Part shown: piece by piece, positions 38,874 to 52,069 of the stretch
Position numbering within the stretch: position 1 is the stretch's first letter
Layout of the letters: each line of letters starts with the position of its first letter
NCBI GenBank assembly: GCA_044229975.1
Contig: JBGARZ010000003.1
Span: forward strand, 352,001-416,000
From: Polyangiales bacterium
Lineage (GTDB): Bacteria > Myxococcota_A > Polyangia > Polyangiales > Ga0077539
Reading direction: 5' to 3'
DNA length: 64,000 nt
The notes under the pieces: model-generated
Told to the model about the DNA's origin: nothing
Databases searched by the model: none
The model's input: the letters and a program-made list of their open reading frames with translations, nothing else
Made by a program: the position numbers and the translations under genes

Positions 38874-39776
38874 ATGACTCCTCCTGGCGCTCGACGCCGC
38901 TCCGCCCTCCTCCTCACCCTCTGCCTCGGCGCCGGCTGCATCTTCAGCTCGCGCCGCGCCGCGTCCGTCGACGGCGCCGAAAGCGGCCCACGGTGGATCG
39001 CCCTCCACGGCCGCGCCCAGGCCGACGGTGGCGCCCCCGCGCCGAGCGCCCCCACCACGGTCGACCGCGCCAGTCTCCCGCGCTGCCCCGACGGCTCGGT
39101 GTACATCCCGGGTGGTCGCTTCGAGATGGGCAGCGCCGAGGGACAGGGCGCGCCCGACGAGCACCCGCAGCACACGGTGCTGCTGCGCGGGTACTGCCTC
39201 GATCGCACCGAGGTGGTCGTCGACGCGTACACCCGCTGCGTGCGCGCGGGCGCCTGCACCCGCCCGGTGGCGACGACGCTGCCGCAGGGCGACCAGCCGG
39301 TGTCGGGCGTCGACTGGCACCAGTCGGAGAGCTTCTGCCGCTTCGTGGGAGGCCGCCTGCCGACCGAGGCCGAGTGGGAGTTTGCCGCGCGCGGGACCGA
39401 CGGCCGCCGCTACCCCTGGGGCAACGAAGACCCGAGCTCGTGCACCACGCTCGACTGGACCAACGGGACGGAGAGCTGCGGAGGCGTTGGCCCGAGCGCG
39501 GCGGGGTCGCACCCGACGGGGGCATCGCCGTATGGCGTTCTCGACATGGCGGGCAACGTCTGGGAGTGGACCTCGGACTGGTACAGCCGCCAGTACGAAG
39601 CGGGCCTGCAAGAGAACCCCACCGGACCGTTGGAGGGATCAGCGCGCGTGACCCGCGGGGGCGGCTTCAACAACGACCAGGTCGAGCGCCTGCGCACGAC
39701 CTTCCGCGAAGGGCAGCACCCCAACTTCCACGACTACGACCTGGGCGTTCGCTGCGCCTACGATCCGAGCTCATAG
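38874..39776 (+). CDS. Formylglycine-generating enzyme (SUMF1/FGE-sulfatase) domain lipoprotein
   Basis: IPGGRFEMGS, DEHPQHTV, RLPTEAEWEFAARG, DMAGNVWEWTSDWY, LGVRCA. Confidence 0.88.
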   Translation: MTPPGARRRSALLLTLCLGAGCIFSSRRAASVDGAESGPRWIALHGRAQADGGAPAPSAPTTVDRASLPRCPDGSVYIPGGRFEMGSAEGQGAPDEHPQHTVLLRGYCLDRTEVVVDAYTRCVRAGACTRPVATTLPQGDQPVSGVDWHQSESFCRFVGGRLPTEAEWEFAARGTDGRRYPWGNEDPSSCTTLDWTNGTESCGGVGPSAAGSHPTGASPYGVLDMAGNVWEWTSDWYSRQYEAGLQENPTGPLEGSARVTRGGGFNNDQVERLRTTFREGQHPNFHDYDLGVRCAYDPSS

Positions 39777-39790
39777 CGGGCACGGCGCGG

Positions 39791-40816
39791 ATGGTTCGCC
39801 CGGTCGACAACCCGCCCAACCCGTGGAGCACCACGGAGGTCGAGTACCTCGAAGAAGCGCCGCCCGCTCGGCTCGAACTCTTCGAAGAGACCGCCCGCTC
39901 CATCGTGTCGGGCAACGACAGCCCGGACATCCCGTTCATGTGGAGCGTCAACCCGTACCGCGGGTGCATCCACGCCTGCGCCTACTGCTACGCGCGACCG
40001 TCGCACCAGTACCTCGGCTTCGGCGCGGGCACCGACTTCGACCGCAAGATCGTGGTGAAGACCAACGCCCCCGAGCTGCTCAAGGCGACCTTCGATCGCC
40101 GCTCGTGGAAGGGCGAGATGATCTCGTTTTCGGGCAACACCGACTGCTACCAGCCCATCGAGTCGAACTACGAGCTCACCCGCCGCTGCCTCGAAGTCGC
40201 CCTGGAGTACCGCAACCCGATCGCCATCATCACCAAGAGCGCGCTGGTGCAGCGAGACGCGGCGCTGCTCGCGGCGCTGTCGAAGGTGGCGCAGGTGCGG
40301 GTGTTCGTGAGCTGCTCGTTTGCGGACGAAGCGCAGGCCCGCGCGATGGAGCCGTGGGCCGCGTCGGTGGCGCGGCGCATGGCGACGCTGAGGGTGCTGT
40401 CGGACGCGGGCGTGGCGTGCGGCGTGGCGGTGGCGCCGGTGATCCCCGGGCTCAACGACGACCAGGTGGCGCGGGTGCTGACCGTGGCGCACGCGAACGG
40501 GGCGCGGCGGGCGTTCATGCAGATGCTGCGGTTGCCGGCGGAGGTGGGGCCGGTGTTCGAGGCGCGGCTGGCGGAGGCCTTTCCCGATCGGGCGAAGCGG
40601 GTCGAGCACGCGGTGGTGGAGCTGCGTCGCGGCAAGAAGAACGACCCGCGCTTCGGCGAGCGCATGCGCGGCAGCGGCCCGCGCTGGGATGCGATCGTGG
40701 CGCTCTTCAACGCCCAGTGCCGACGGCTCGGGATGAACGACGAGGACCTTCTGCCTCCGGAGGGGCCGAGCACCTTCAGGCGACCGACGCGACAGGGCAG
40801 CCTGTTTGGCGACTGA
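39791..40816 (+). CDS. Radical SAM protein, PA0069/Rv2578c-like
   Basis: SPDIPF..SVNPYRGCIHACAYCYAR (CxxxCxxC), NTDCYQP, ITKS. Confidence 0.88.
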   Translation: MVRPVDNPPNPWSTTEVEYLEEAPPARLELFEETARSIVSGNDSPDIPFMWSVNPYRGCIHACAYCYARPSHQYLGFGAGTDFDRKIVVKTNAPELLKATFDRRSWKGEMISFSGNTDCYQPIESNYELTRRCLEVALEYRNPIAIITKSALVQRDAALLAALSKVAQVRVFVSCSFADEAQARAMEPWAASVARRMATLRVLSDAGVACGVAVAPVIPGLNDDQVARVLTVAHANGARRAFMQMLRLPAEVGPVFEARLAEAFPDRAKRVEHAVVELRRGKKNDPRFGERMRGSGPRWDAIVALFNAQCRRLGMNDEDLLPPEGPSTFRRPTRQGSLFGD

Positions 40817-40860
40817 TCGGCGACCTTCTCGCTGCTGAAACCGCGCGGTAGGTTGCGCGG

Positions 40861-42147
40861 GTGAGAGTCGTTTCGAGAGCACCACTGCTCGCGCTGCTGG
40901 TCGCGATGGCGTGCTCTTCCCTCCCGACGGTCACGCCCGACGACCCTGAGCGCACCTGTGTGGCGACGCCCGGCCGGGCGTGGTGCGCGATGCAGTGCGT
41001 GACGCTCGCTGACGACGCGGCCCACTGCGGCGCCTGCGGCCACGCCTGCACCGACGGAACCGTGTGCGACGACGGTCGCTGCACGCGGCGCTTCGTCGAC
41101 CTGTCGTCGTCGTTCAATCACACGTGCGCGGTGGAGGTCGGCGGCGCGGTGTGGTGCTGGGGCGCCAACGAGGTCGGGCAGGCGGGCAACGGCGACCAGG
41201 CGCTCGCGCTCACCCGCGCCGCGCGGGCGGTGGGCATCACGGCGTCGCGGGTCTTCGCGGGCTTCACCCACGCCTGCGCGCGCACCACCGACGGAACGCT
41301 CCGCTGCTGGGGCGCCAACCCCCACAACGAGCTCGGCGACGGCGCGCCGGCGGCGCAGCGATTGGAGTCGGTGGTCGCCCGCGACGTGACGAACACCGCG
41401 ACCATGGCCGTGGGCGCAGCGTTTTCGTGCGCGGCGGACGAGGGCGGCGAGGCGCTGTGCTGGGGTTCGAACGAGTGGGGTGGCCTGGGCGACGGGCGCT
41501 CGGGGCGAAGGCAACCGGTCGCGCCCGTGGGGCTCGCGGGCATCACGGCGATGGGCGCGGGTTGGGGCCACGTCTGCGCACTGACGAACGAAGGGTCGGT
41601 GTGGTGCTGGGGCAGCCGCGGGTTCGCGCAGACCGGCGACGGGCGGATGGCGCCCATCACGGCGGTGGCGGTGGTTCCGGTGCCGACCATCGCGGAGGGC
41701 ATCGTGTCGCTGTCGGTGGGCAACACCGTCGCGTGCGCGCGGGCCAACGACGACCGCATCTGGTGCTGGGGCGACAACGCCCTGGGCTCGTCGGGCGACG
41801 GAACCACCGAGCGACGCTGGGCGCCCGCGGTCGTTCCTGGTCTGGAGGCGACGTCCCTCTGGGGCGGCTTCGCGACGTACTTCGCGCGACGCCGCGACGG
41901 CGTGCTGGTCGGTTGGGGCAAGAACGACGAGGGCGCGCTCGGCGTCGCCGGTGGCAACCAGCTGGTGCCCGTGACGGTGTTGGGTGAGCTCGCACCGCGG
42001 GTCGAGCGCATCGCCGCGGGTCAGACGCACGCGTGCGCGCTGCTGACGGATCAGACGGTGCGCTGCTGGGGCGGCAACAGGTTTGGCCAGGTGGGCAACG
42101 GCGCGACGGGCGCCCCGGTGCTGACGCCGACCGAGCCGACCTGGTGA
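40861..42147 (+). CDS. RCC1-repeat lipoprotein
   Basis: Lipobox VAMAC; HCGACGHAC; repeated CWG.N...G.G units. Confidence 0.85.
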   Translation: MRVVSRAPLLALLVAMACSSLPTVTPDDPERTCVATPGRAWCAMQCVTLADDAAHCGACGHACTDGTVCDDGRCTRRFVDLSSSFNHTCAVEVGGAVWCWGANEVGQAGNGDQALALTRAARAVGITASRVFAGFTHACARTTDGTLRCWGANPHNELGDGAPAAQRLESVVARDVTNTATMAVGAAFSCAADEGGEALCWGSNEWGGLGDGRSGRRQPVAPVGLAGITAMGAGWGHVCALTNEGSVWCWGSRGFAQTGDGRMAPITAVAVVPVPTIAEGIVSLSVGNTVACARANDDRIWCWGDNALGSSGDGTTERRWAPAVVPGLEATSLWGGFATYFARRRDGVLVGWGKNDEGALGVAGGNQLVPVTVLGELAPRVERIAAGQTHACALLTDQTVRCWGGNRFGQVGNGATGAPVLTPTEPTW

Positions 42148-42156
42148 CGTCGGCCG

Positions 42157-42410
42157 CTACCAGCGCGGCGACTGCGGCGTGAGCACCCGCGCCCCGAGCG
42201 CGCCGTCGCCGATCTGCCCTCGCACGTTGCTGCCCCAGCAGCGCACCGTCTGGTCACTCAGCAGCGCGCACCAGCGTCCGCGCATCGTCGGCGATGACCC
42301 GCGCAAAGTTCTCGCCCCAGCAGCGAGCGCGCCCTTCGGCGACGATCACACACGTGTGCGACCAGCCGGTGGCGACCGGTGTTCGATCGGTCTCTTTGAC
42401 GATGGCTTCA
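42157..42410 (-). pseudogene. Internally deleted fragment of an RCC1-repeat paralogue
   Basis: Minus strand reads ATGWSHTCVIVAEGRARCWGEN..., then in another frame CALLSDQTVRCWGSNVRGQIGDGALGARVLTPQSPRW*, matching the C-terminus of 40861..42147. Confidence 0.7.
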
Positions 42411-42421
42411 CGACACCGGAG

Positions 42422-42478
42422 CAGTCTTCACAGACTGAAGGCCCGCAGGGCCTTCCCGGGCAATGCCGTGGCCTTCAG
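42422..42478. terminator. Hairpins downstream of the AI-2E gene, possible terminator
   Basis: CAGTCT-TCAC-AGACTG and GAAGGCCC-GCA-GGGCCTTC stems; no clear U-tract. Confidence 0.3.
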
Positions 42479-42505
42479 GACGCGGAAGCGGGCGTAGCGC
42501 ACCGC

Positions 42506-43570
42506 CTAACCCTTCGGCGCCGCTGGCACGCGCGACAGGCGCATCATCCCGCTGAGGCGCGCCTCGTCCTCCTGCTCGCGCTCGGCGTCGCGCCAGCTCT
42601 CGCGCACCTTCGCCGCCACGTAGAGCGACGGGAAGGAGAGAAACAACCCGACGAGCCCGAAGAGGTGCTCGAAGAGGATGAGCGACGTGATGATGACGAA
42701 GCCCGGCAGCTTCACGTGCTGCGCCGTCAGCCGTGGTGAGAGGTAGTAGCTCTCGATCTTGTGGAGGATGAAGGTGCTCGCGAAGAAGACGCCGACGCCC
42801 ATCATCCCCTTGTGCGTGTACGCGAGGATCGCCATCACGACCCCCGACACCACGCCCCCCACCACCGGGATGAGCCCCATCACGAACAAGAACACCATCA
42901 ACGCCGGGATGCTCGGGAAGCGCATGAGCAGCAGCACGGGCAGCGTGAGCAGCGTGTTGACCAGCGCGACGATGACCTGGAGCTTCGCCGTGATGGCGAT
43001 GGCGTCACACAGGTAGCTGAAGTAGCGCATGAGGATGCGCGCGGGAGAGTCCTCGTCGAGCGACGAGCGCCAGTGCCCGAGCTCCTGACTCTCGATGAGA
43101 AACACCACGGACAGGATGAGCCCGATGACGACGTACACGGCGCTCTTCCCGACCGAGCCGAGGAAGCCCATCACGTCGCCCGCGTAGTGCTGCGCCCGCT
43201 CCAGGCCCTGCGTGGCGTGCTCGTTGACGGTGTGCTCCCAGCCGCGGTGGTGCAGCCATTCGCGCAGGTGGTGAAACTGCCCCGCGAGCTCGGCGCGGAG
43301 CTGCGGCACCGCGGGCACGACGCGCGTGTAGCCCATCACGCCGAGCAGCGTGAGCACGCCGAGCGCCACCACGATCTGCCCGATGACGGCCGCGGCGATG
43401 GGCACGCGGAAGCGGTCGTTGAGCCACCGGGCGCCCGTCCCCAGCGCGCGCTCGAAGAGCACGAAGAACACCAGCAGGATCGCCAGGTGCCGGAACAGGT
43501 ACAGGATGGTGAGGAACAGCCCGAGGACGAAGATCCGCCGCACGTTGCGGTCGGTGAACACCATTCGCAT
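42506..43570 (-). CDS. AI-2E family transporter
   Basis: Multi-TM; LQVIVALVNTLLT, GLIPVVG, HKIESYYLSPRL, GLVGLFLSFP. Confidence 0.85.
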   Translation of the reverse strand: MRMVFTDRNVRRIFVLGLFLTILYLFRHLAILLVFFVLFERALGTGARWLNDRFRVPIAAAVIGQIVVALGVLTLLGVMGYTRVVPAVPQLRAELAGQFHHLREWLHHRGWEHTVNEHATQGLERAQHYAGDVMGFLGSVGKSAVYVVIGLILSVVFLIESQELGHWRSSLDEDSPARILMRYFSYLCDAIAITAKLQVIVALVNTLLTLPVLLLMRFPSIPALMVFLFVMGLIPVVGGVVSGVVMAILAYTHKGMMGVGVFFASTFILHKIESYYLSPRLTAQHVKLPGFVIITSLILFEHLFGLVGLFLSFPSLYVAAKVRESWRDAEREQEDEARLSGMMRLSRVPAAPKG

Positions 43571-43609
43571 CACGGCCGGGGACGTTACACCCCAACACGC
43601 TCGAACAGA

Positions 43610-44340
<731 letters not shown>

Positions 44341-44344
<4 letters not shown>

Positions 44345-46011
44345 GAGAACCGAAGCCCCTCCACGGGTCGGAGCCGACCCGCGAGCACCGCCGGGAAGGT
44401 CGCTGCCAACAGGCAGATTCCCACCGAGGTCACAAACACCAGGCTGTAGTCGGCCGGCGCGATGAGCACCGGCAGGCGGTCGATGTAATAGACCTCGGGG
44501 TCGAGCGGAATCCCGACGTGCTTCATCACCATGGCCGAGAGCACCGCCGCGCTCGTGCCGAGCAGCGCCCCCACCACCCCGATGAGGCCGCCCACCGACA
44601 AGAACACCCGCGTGATGAACCCGTCGCTCGCCCCCATGGCCTTGAGCACGGCGATCTCGCGCCCCTTCTCGGTCACCAGCAGAAGAAGCGTGGCGACGAT
44701 GCTGAAGCTCGCGACGACGATGGCCACGGTGAGCAGCAGCCAGATGAGGAGCTTCTCCAGCTTGAGGGCGCGGAAGAGGTTCTGGTTGAGCTTCTTCCAG
44801 TCGCGCACGCGGAGGTGGACGGGGTCCGCCCCGGGCGTCACGGCGGGCACCACGACGGCGCGCGCGGCGGGCGCCACGGCGGCCAGGACGCGGTCGGACT
44901 GGTCGACGTCGTGGAGCCGCACCTCGATGGCCGTGATGGCGCCCTCCTCGTGGCGGAAGAACTCGCGCGCCTCGGGCAGCAGCACGTACGCATACTTGGT
45001 GTCGTACTCGTACATGCCCGAGTAGAAGACCCCGGCGACGCGGAAGAGCCTCGTGCGGGGCATGCGACCGAAGGGCCCGTTGGAGCCGAAGGGCGACACC
45101 ACCCGCACCTCGTCGCCCGCCGTGAGGTGGAGGTTGGTCGCGAGCTCGCGGCCCACGATGATGTTGGGCATCGCGACGGTGGTCACGCTCGGCGAGAGCG
45201 GAGAGCTCGGGTCGCGGAAGCCGACGACACCGTCGAGGCGCGTGCGGGGCGTCTCGCGCTCGCCGCGGCCCGCGATGGGCTGCCGGTCTTCGGCGCGCAG
45301 GTGGTTGGGGAGCAGCGGGTCGCTCAGATACTCCAGGCGACCGCGGATGAGCCCGCGGCGCAGCGCCTCGGCCGAGCCGCGCTCGTTGGGGTCGATGCCG
45401 CGGAGGATCACCCCCGACAGGTTGGTCTGCGAGGTGACCATCACCTCACCCTGGATGAGCGTCGTCGCGGAGCTCACCTCGGGCTGCTGGCGGATGGTGC
45501 GGAGCAGCGGTTCCCAGTTCTTGAAGCCGCCGCGTTCGAGGTCGATCACGACGTGGGGGTTGTTGCCGAGGATCTTGTGCTTCAGGTCGTTGCCGAAGCC
45601 GCCCATGATCGAGATGGTCATGCAGAGCGCGAACGACCCGAGGCCCACGCCCAGGAAGGCCAGGAACGAGATGACCGTGAGGAAGCCGCTCTTGCGCGCG
45701 CGGAGCTGCCGCACGGCCACCATGAGCTCGGCGGCGAAGTGTTCGAGCCGGTCGAACATCCTGGGCATCCAGATGAGCGTGGAGAGGAAGTACGCCTCCA
45801 GCACGGACACCAGCACTCCGACGCGCATCGCCACGAACGAGAGCGACGGCGACGCGTGGGCGCCCGTCGGCTCCATGCGCGCGGCGCCCTTGAGGAACAC
45901 CACCGACAGCGCCACGCACAGGACCATCCACCCGGCGTAGAGCCAGCGCTTGCGCGACTCCGAGCGCTGGAGGCGCGCCAACGCCCAGAGGAAGATCAGG
46001 TCAACGGCCAT
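44341..46011 (-). CDS. Lipoprotein-releasing ABC transporter permease LolC/E
   Basis: [60 protein letters not shown]. Confidence 0.88.
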
Positions 46012-47611
46012 CGGCCTCGGGGCGCAGCAGCGGGAAGAGCACCACGTCGCGGATGCTCTTCTGTCCCGTGAGCAGCATCACGAGGCGATCGACGCCGAGG
46101 CCGAAGCCCGCCGTCGGCGGCATGCCGTGGGAGAGCGCGCGGATGTAGTCGTCGTCGAAGTCCATGGCCTCATCGTCGCCCCGCGCCCGGTTGTCGAGCT
46201 GCCCCTTGAAGCGCTCGGCCTGGTCATCGGGGTCGTTGAGCTCGCTAAACGCGTTGGCCAGCTCCCTCCCATCCACGAAGAGTTCGAATCGGTCGGTGAA
46301 GGTCACCGGGTAGTCCGGGGCGTACTCCGCGGCCTGCTTGTCCGCGTCCTTCTTGCGCGCCAGCGGCGACACATCGAACGGATAGTCGATAATGAAGACC
46401 GGCACGCTCTGCCCGCCGTCGTCGGTGCGGTAGTCGTCGACGAGCGACCCTTCGGCGAAGAGCTCGAACATCGCGAAGAGCAGCTCGCCCGCCGTCGTGC
46501 ACTTGTTGAGATACTCGCGGTGCTCACGTTGGAGCGGTGTGGCGAGAACGGCCGAGCGGGTCGTCCCCCACCTCGCGAGCCCGGCGCCCGCGCCCCACGC
46601 CTCGACGAGCTCGGGGTGGCGCAATGACAGGGCGTGCGTGACGGCGTCGAGCATCCGAACGCGACGCCAAGGGCGCGCGAGGGAGAAGCCGCGGCCGTGG
46701 GTGAAGCGCGGGAGCTTCGCGCCGAGGCGGGCGTCGACGTGGGTGACGAGCTCTTCGGTCTCGTCCATGAGCACCCGGTACGTCGCGTACGCCTGGTAGA
46801 ACTCCAGGATGGTGAACTCCGGGTTGTGCCGCGTGGAGAGGCCCTCGTTGCGCCACACGCGGCCGATCTCGTAGACGCGCTCCAGGCCGCCGACGATGAG
46901 CCGCTTCAGGTAGAGCTCGGGGGCGACGCGGAGGTACAGGTCGAGGTCGAGCGCGTTGTGGTGCGTGGTGAAGGGCTTGGCCGTCGCCCCGCCGCGGACG
47001 GCGTTGAGCGTCGGGGTCTCCACCTCGATGAAGTCGCGGTCGTCGAGCCACTCGCGCAGCGCCTTCACGATGAGCGAGCGCGCGCGAAACACCTCGTTGA
47101 CCTCGGGGTAGTTGGCGATGAGGTCGGTGTACCGCTGGCGGTACCGGGTCTCGACCTCGCTGATACCGAACCACTCGCTCGGGATGGGCGTGAAGCTCTT
47201 GGTGAGCGGGCGCAGCGAGCGCGCGAGCACCGACAGCTCCAGCAGCCGCGTTCGCATCGCGGGACCCTCGACGAGGATGATGTCGCCGAGGTCGATCTCC
47301 TTGAGGAGGGAGAAGTCCTCGCCCAGGTCGCGCGCCGAGCAGAAGAGCTGGATCTCCCCGGAGCCATCGCGCAGCTTGATGAACACCAGCTTGCCCGTGT
47401 CGCGCAGGGCGACCACGCGGCCGGCGACGCGGTAGCTCTTCGCGTCGGGCTCGGCGTTGAACGCGGCGGTCTGCGCGGCGTGGGCCTCGCGGATGCTCGC
47501 GGTCGAATCGAGGGGCCCAGGGTCGTTGCCGAAGGGCATGTGACCGCGGGCGCGCCAGGCTTCGGCCTTCGCGCGCCGCACGGATTCGAGGGTGTTGGTC
47601 GTGTCGCTCAT
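46001..47611 (-). CDS. lysS: Lysine--tRNA ligase (class II)
   Basis: [78 protein letters not shown]. Confidence 0.97.
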   Translation of the reverse strand: MSDTTNTLESVRRAKAEAWRARGHMPFGNDPGPLDSTASIREAHAAQTAAFNAEPDAKSYRVAGRVVALRDTGKLVFIKLRDGSGEIQLFCSARDLGEDFSLLKEIDLGDIILVEGPAMRTRLLELSVLARSLRPLTKSFTPIPSEWFGISEVETRYRQRYTDLIANYPEVNEVFRARSLIVKALREWLDDRDFIEVETPTLNAVRGGATAKPFTTHHNALDLDLYLRVAPELYLKRLIVGGLERVYEIGRVWRNEGLSTRHNPEFTILEFYQAYATYRVLMDETEELVTHVDARLGAKLPRFTHGRGFSLARPWRRVRMLDAVTHALSLRHPELVEAWGAGAGLARWGTTRSAVLATPLQREHREYLNKCTTAGELLFAMFELFAEGSLVDDYRTDDGGQSVPVFIIDYPFDVSPLARKKDADKQAAEYAPDYPVTFTDRFELFVDGRELANAFSELNDPDDQAERFKGQLDNRARGDDEAMDFDDDYIRALSHGMPPTAGFGLGVDRLVMLLTGQKSIRDVVLFPLLRPEADGR

Positions 47612-47648
47612 CGGGAGGGAGGGGCTTTATACAGACCCTCGCCCCAAC

Positions 47649-47683
47649 GGTCACGCGCCGCGCTGACGCTGCGGCGTAGGCCC
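47649..47683. repeat. REP-like dispersed repeat, copy of the hairpin arm at 32410-32444
   Basis: GGTCACGCGCCGCGCTGACGCTGCGGCGTAGGCCC vs GGTCGCGCGCCGCGCTAACGCCGCGGCGTAGGCCC (32/35 identical). Confidence 0.75.
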
Positions 47684-47716
47684 GACCTCGCAGCGGTCAG
47701 GCCCGCCGGTCGATCG

Positions 47717-48833
47717 CTAGGCGTTGGCGGTCTTCTGCTTCATCGCGCCGAGGAGCGACGACTCGATGAAGGGGTCGAGGTCGCCGTCGAGCACCGCCGA
47801 GATGTTGCTCGTCTCGTGCTCGCTGCGGAGGTCCTTCACGAGCTGGTACGGCGCCATCACGTAGTTGCGCACCTGGTGCCCGAACGCGATGTCCGACTTG
47901 TTGGACTCGAACTTCCCCTTGAAGGCGTCTTCGCGGATCTGCTTCTCCCGCGCGTACAGCTTGCCCTTCAGGGTCTTGAGCGCGATGCGGCGGTTTTCGT
48001 GCTGCGAGCGCTCGCTCTGGCACTTCACCACGATGCCGGTGGCCTTGTGCGTGAGGCGCACGGCCGTCTCGACCTTGTTGACGTTCTGCCCGCCTTTGCC
48101 GCCCGAGCGGAAGGTGTCGGTCTCGTAGTCGCCGTCCTTCAGCTCGATCTCGAACTCCTCGTCGAGGTCGGGCGTCACGGCCACCGCCGCGAAGGCCGTC
48201 TGCCGCCGCGCGTTGCCGTCGAAGGGCGAGATGCGCACCAGGCGATGAACCCCGTTTTCGTGCTTCAGATACCCGAAGGCGTTGACCCCCGTGACCTGAA
48301 ACGAAACGCTCTTCAGGCCCGCTTCTTCGCCTTCGGTCTCGTCGAGGAGCTTCACCGTGAAGCCGCGCCCCTCCGCCCACCGGCCGTACATCCGGAAGAG
48401 CATCTGGCACCAGTCCATGGCGTCGACGCCGCCCGCGCCGGCGTTGATCTCGACGATGGCGTCGACCTTGTCCTCGGGCTCGGCCAGCATCTGGTCGAGC
48501 TCCATCTTGTGGGTGCGCTCGTCGATCTTCGCGGCGGCCACGGCCACCTCGGCGCCGACGCTCTCGTCGTTCTCCGCCGCGGCCATCTCCAGCAGCTCGG
48601 AGGCGTCGCTCACCTCGCGCTGGAGCGCCTCCACCCGCTGCACCATCGCCTCCTTGTCGGAGCGCTCCTTCAGGAGCTTCTGGCTGTCTGGGCGGTTCCA
48701 GAAGTCCGGGTTGGCGCTCTCGGCATCGATCTCTTCCACGCGCTTCTTCAGCCGTGGAAGGTCAAAGATGCCTCCCGAGGTTCTCTGCCCGGCGGGCGAG
48801 ATCCTCTAACTGGTTTCGGGTGTCGCTGATCAT
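47717..48833 (-). CDS. prfB: Peptide chain release factor 2, with programmed +1 frameshift
   Basis: ORF1 [23 protein letters not shown] (48833-48762), then +1 frame; [11 protein letters not shown] (SPF), [10 protein letters not shown] (GGQ). Confidence 0.96.
48761..48776 (-). promoter_or_regulatory. prfB autoregulatory frameshift site
   Basis: Minus strand GGGAGG CAT CTT TGA C: internal Shine-Dalgarno plus the CTT-TGA-C slippery site. Confidence 0.93.
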
Positions 48834-48908
48834 GGCGGCGGAGGCTCTACCTCCGCCCGCCGACGGGGTCAACGAAACCTGCGCGACCGGGTTATCGTCC
48901 CCGCCATC

Positions 48909-50589
48909 ATGGAACCCTCCGTCGACGTTCTGGTCATCGGCGCCGGCCCCACCGGCCTCACGCTCGCGAGCGAGCTCCTGCACCGCGGCCTCACGGTGCG
49001 CGTCGTCGACCAGACCGAGACGCCTGCGCCCTGGTCGCGCGCCATCGGCGTGCACGCGCGCTCGCTGGAGATCCTGCGCGAGATGGGCGTCGCCGACGCG
49101 CTCATCGCCCGCGGCCAGAAGCTCCACGGCGCGACCCTCTGGTCGGGCGGCGAGACCCTCGCGCGCCTCGACTTCGCCGAGCTCGACACGGCGTATCCCT
49201 TCCTCCTCGCGGTGCCACAACCCGACACCGAAGCGGTGCTCCACGACCTCCTGGTCGCGCGTGGCGGCAAGGTCGAGCGGGGTGTCTCGTTGCGCTCCTT
49301 CCGCCAGGACGGGTGCGGCGTCACGGCCATCATCGCGAAGGGCGATGAGACCGAGACCGTGCGCGCTGCGTGGATGGTCGGCTGCGACGGCGCACACAGC
49401 ACCGTCCGCAAGGGACTCGACCTCGCCTTCGAGGGCGACACCTACGAAGACCGCTTCCTGCTCGCCGACGTGAAGGTGGCCTGGGACACCCGCGACGACC
49501 GCATCTCCACGTACTTCTCCGACGACGGCCTCGTGGCGTGCTTCCCCCTCCCCGGCGGTCGCTGGCGGCTCATCCTGACCGCGACCGCGGGCGACGACTC
49601 CACCGCGACCCCGACGCTCGATGAGCTCCAGACCCTCTTCGCGCGGCGCAGCGGCAGCGGCGGTGCGCTCTCCGACCTCGCGTGGGCGGCCCGCTTCCGC
49701 ATCCATTGTCGGCAGGTGACCAGCTACCGTGACGACCGCGTCTTCGTGGCTGGCGACGCGGCCCACATCCACAGCCCCGTCGGCGGCCAGGGGATGAACA
49801 CCGGCATCCAGGACGCCCACAACCTCGCGTGGAAGCTGGCGGCCGTGCACCGCGGCGTCGCCCGCGATCGCCTGCTCGCCAGCTACCACGACGAGCGCCA
49901 CGCGGTGGGTCGCAGCGTGCTGCGCGGCACCGACGTCGCCACCAAGGTGGGCACGCTCAAGGCGCCTGCGGCGCGTGCGATGCGTGATCAGGTGGCGCGG
50001 ATGCTTACCAGCCTGGAGGTGATCCAGCACCGCGTGGCGCGCGAGGTGGCGGAGCTCACGGTGGCCTACGAAAACAGCGCGATCGTGGGAGAGCACTCGC
50101 AGGGCATCCTCCAGGGTCGCATCGGCACCGCGTCCGGCGCGGAGACGCCGACGGTGTCGTCCATCCGGCAGTTCGATGGCGCCGCGAGGGCGGGGCAGCG
50201 CGCGCCCGATGGCCGCGTGACCCGCGCGGGCGAGTCGGGCACGCGCCGCCTCCTCGACGTCATCGACCATCGCCGATGGAACCTCCTGCTCTTCGACGGT
50301 CGCAGCGAGAGCGCCGAGGGCTACGCGCGCTTCGCCGCCATCGCCGGCGCCGTCCGCGGTCGCTACGGCGAGGCGGTGGACGTCACCGTGGTCACGCCCA
50401 GCGCGACGCGGCCCGCGGAGGTTCCCGAGGGCATCGCGGTGCTGCTCGACCCCGACCACGAGCTGGAACGGGCCTACGGCGCCACCACCGAGTGCATGTA
50501 CCTGCTGCGGCCCGACCTCTACGTGGGCTACCGCTCGCAGCCCGCCGACGAGGCCCGCGTGCTGGCGTACCTCCGCCCGCTGCTGCGGG

Positions 50590-50618
<29 letters not shown>
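48909..50618 (+). CDS. FAD-dependent monooxygenase (PheA/TfdB-like)
   Basis: GAGPTG, GCDGAHSTVRK, AGDAAHIHSPVGGQGMNTGIQDAHNLAWKL, LLRPD. Confidence 0.9.
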
Positions 50619-51975
<1,357 letters not shown>

Positions 51976-52069
51976 GGGTCGGCAGAATACGCCGATCAGC
52001 GAAAACGGGTCTAGCGCGGTGTCAAAAGAGTGGCGGTGGGTCGACGAGCCCCCGGAGAGTCGGTGCGGA

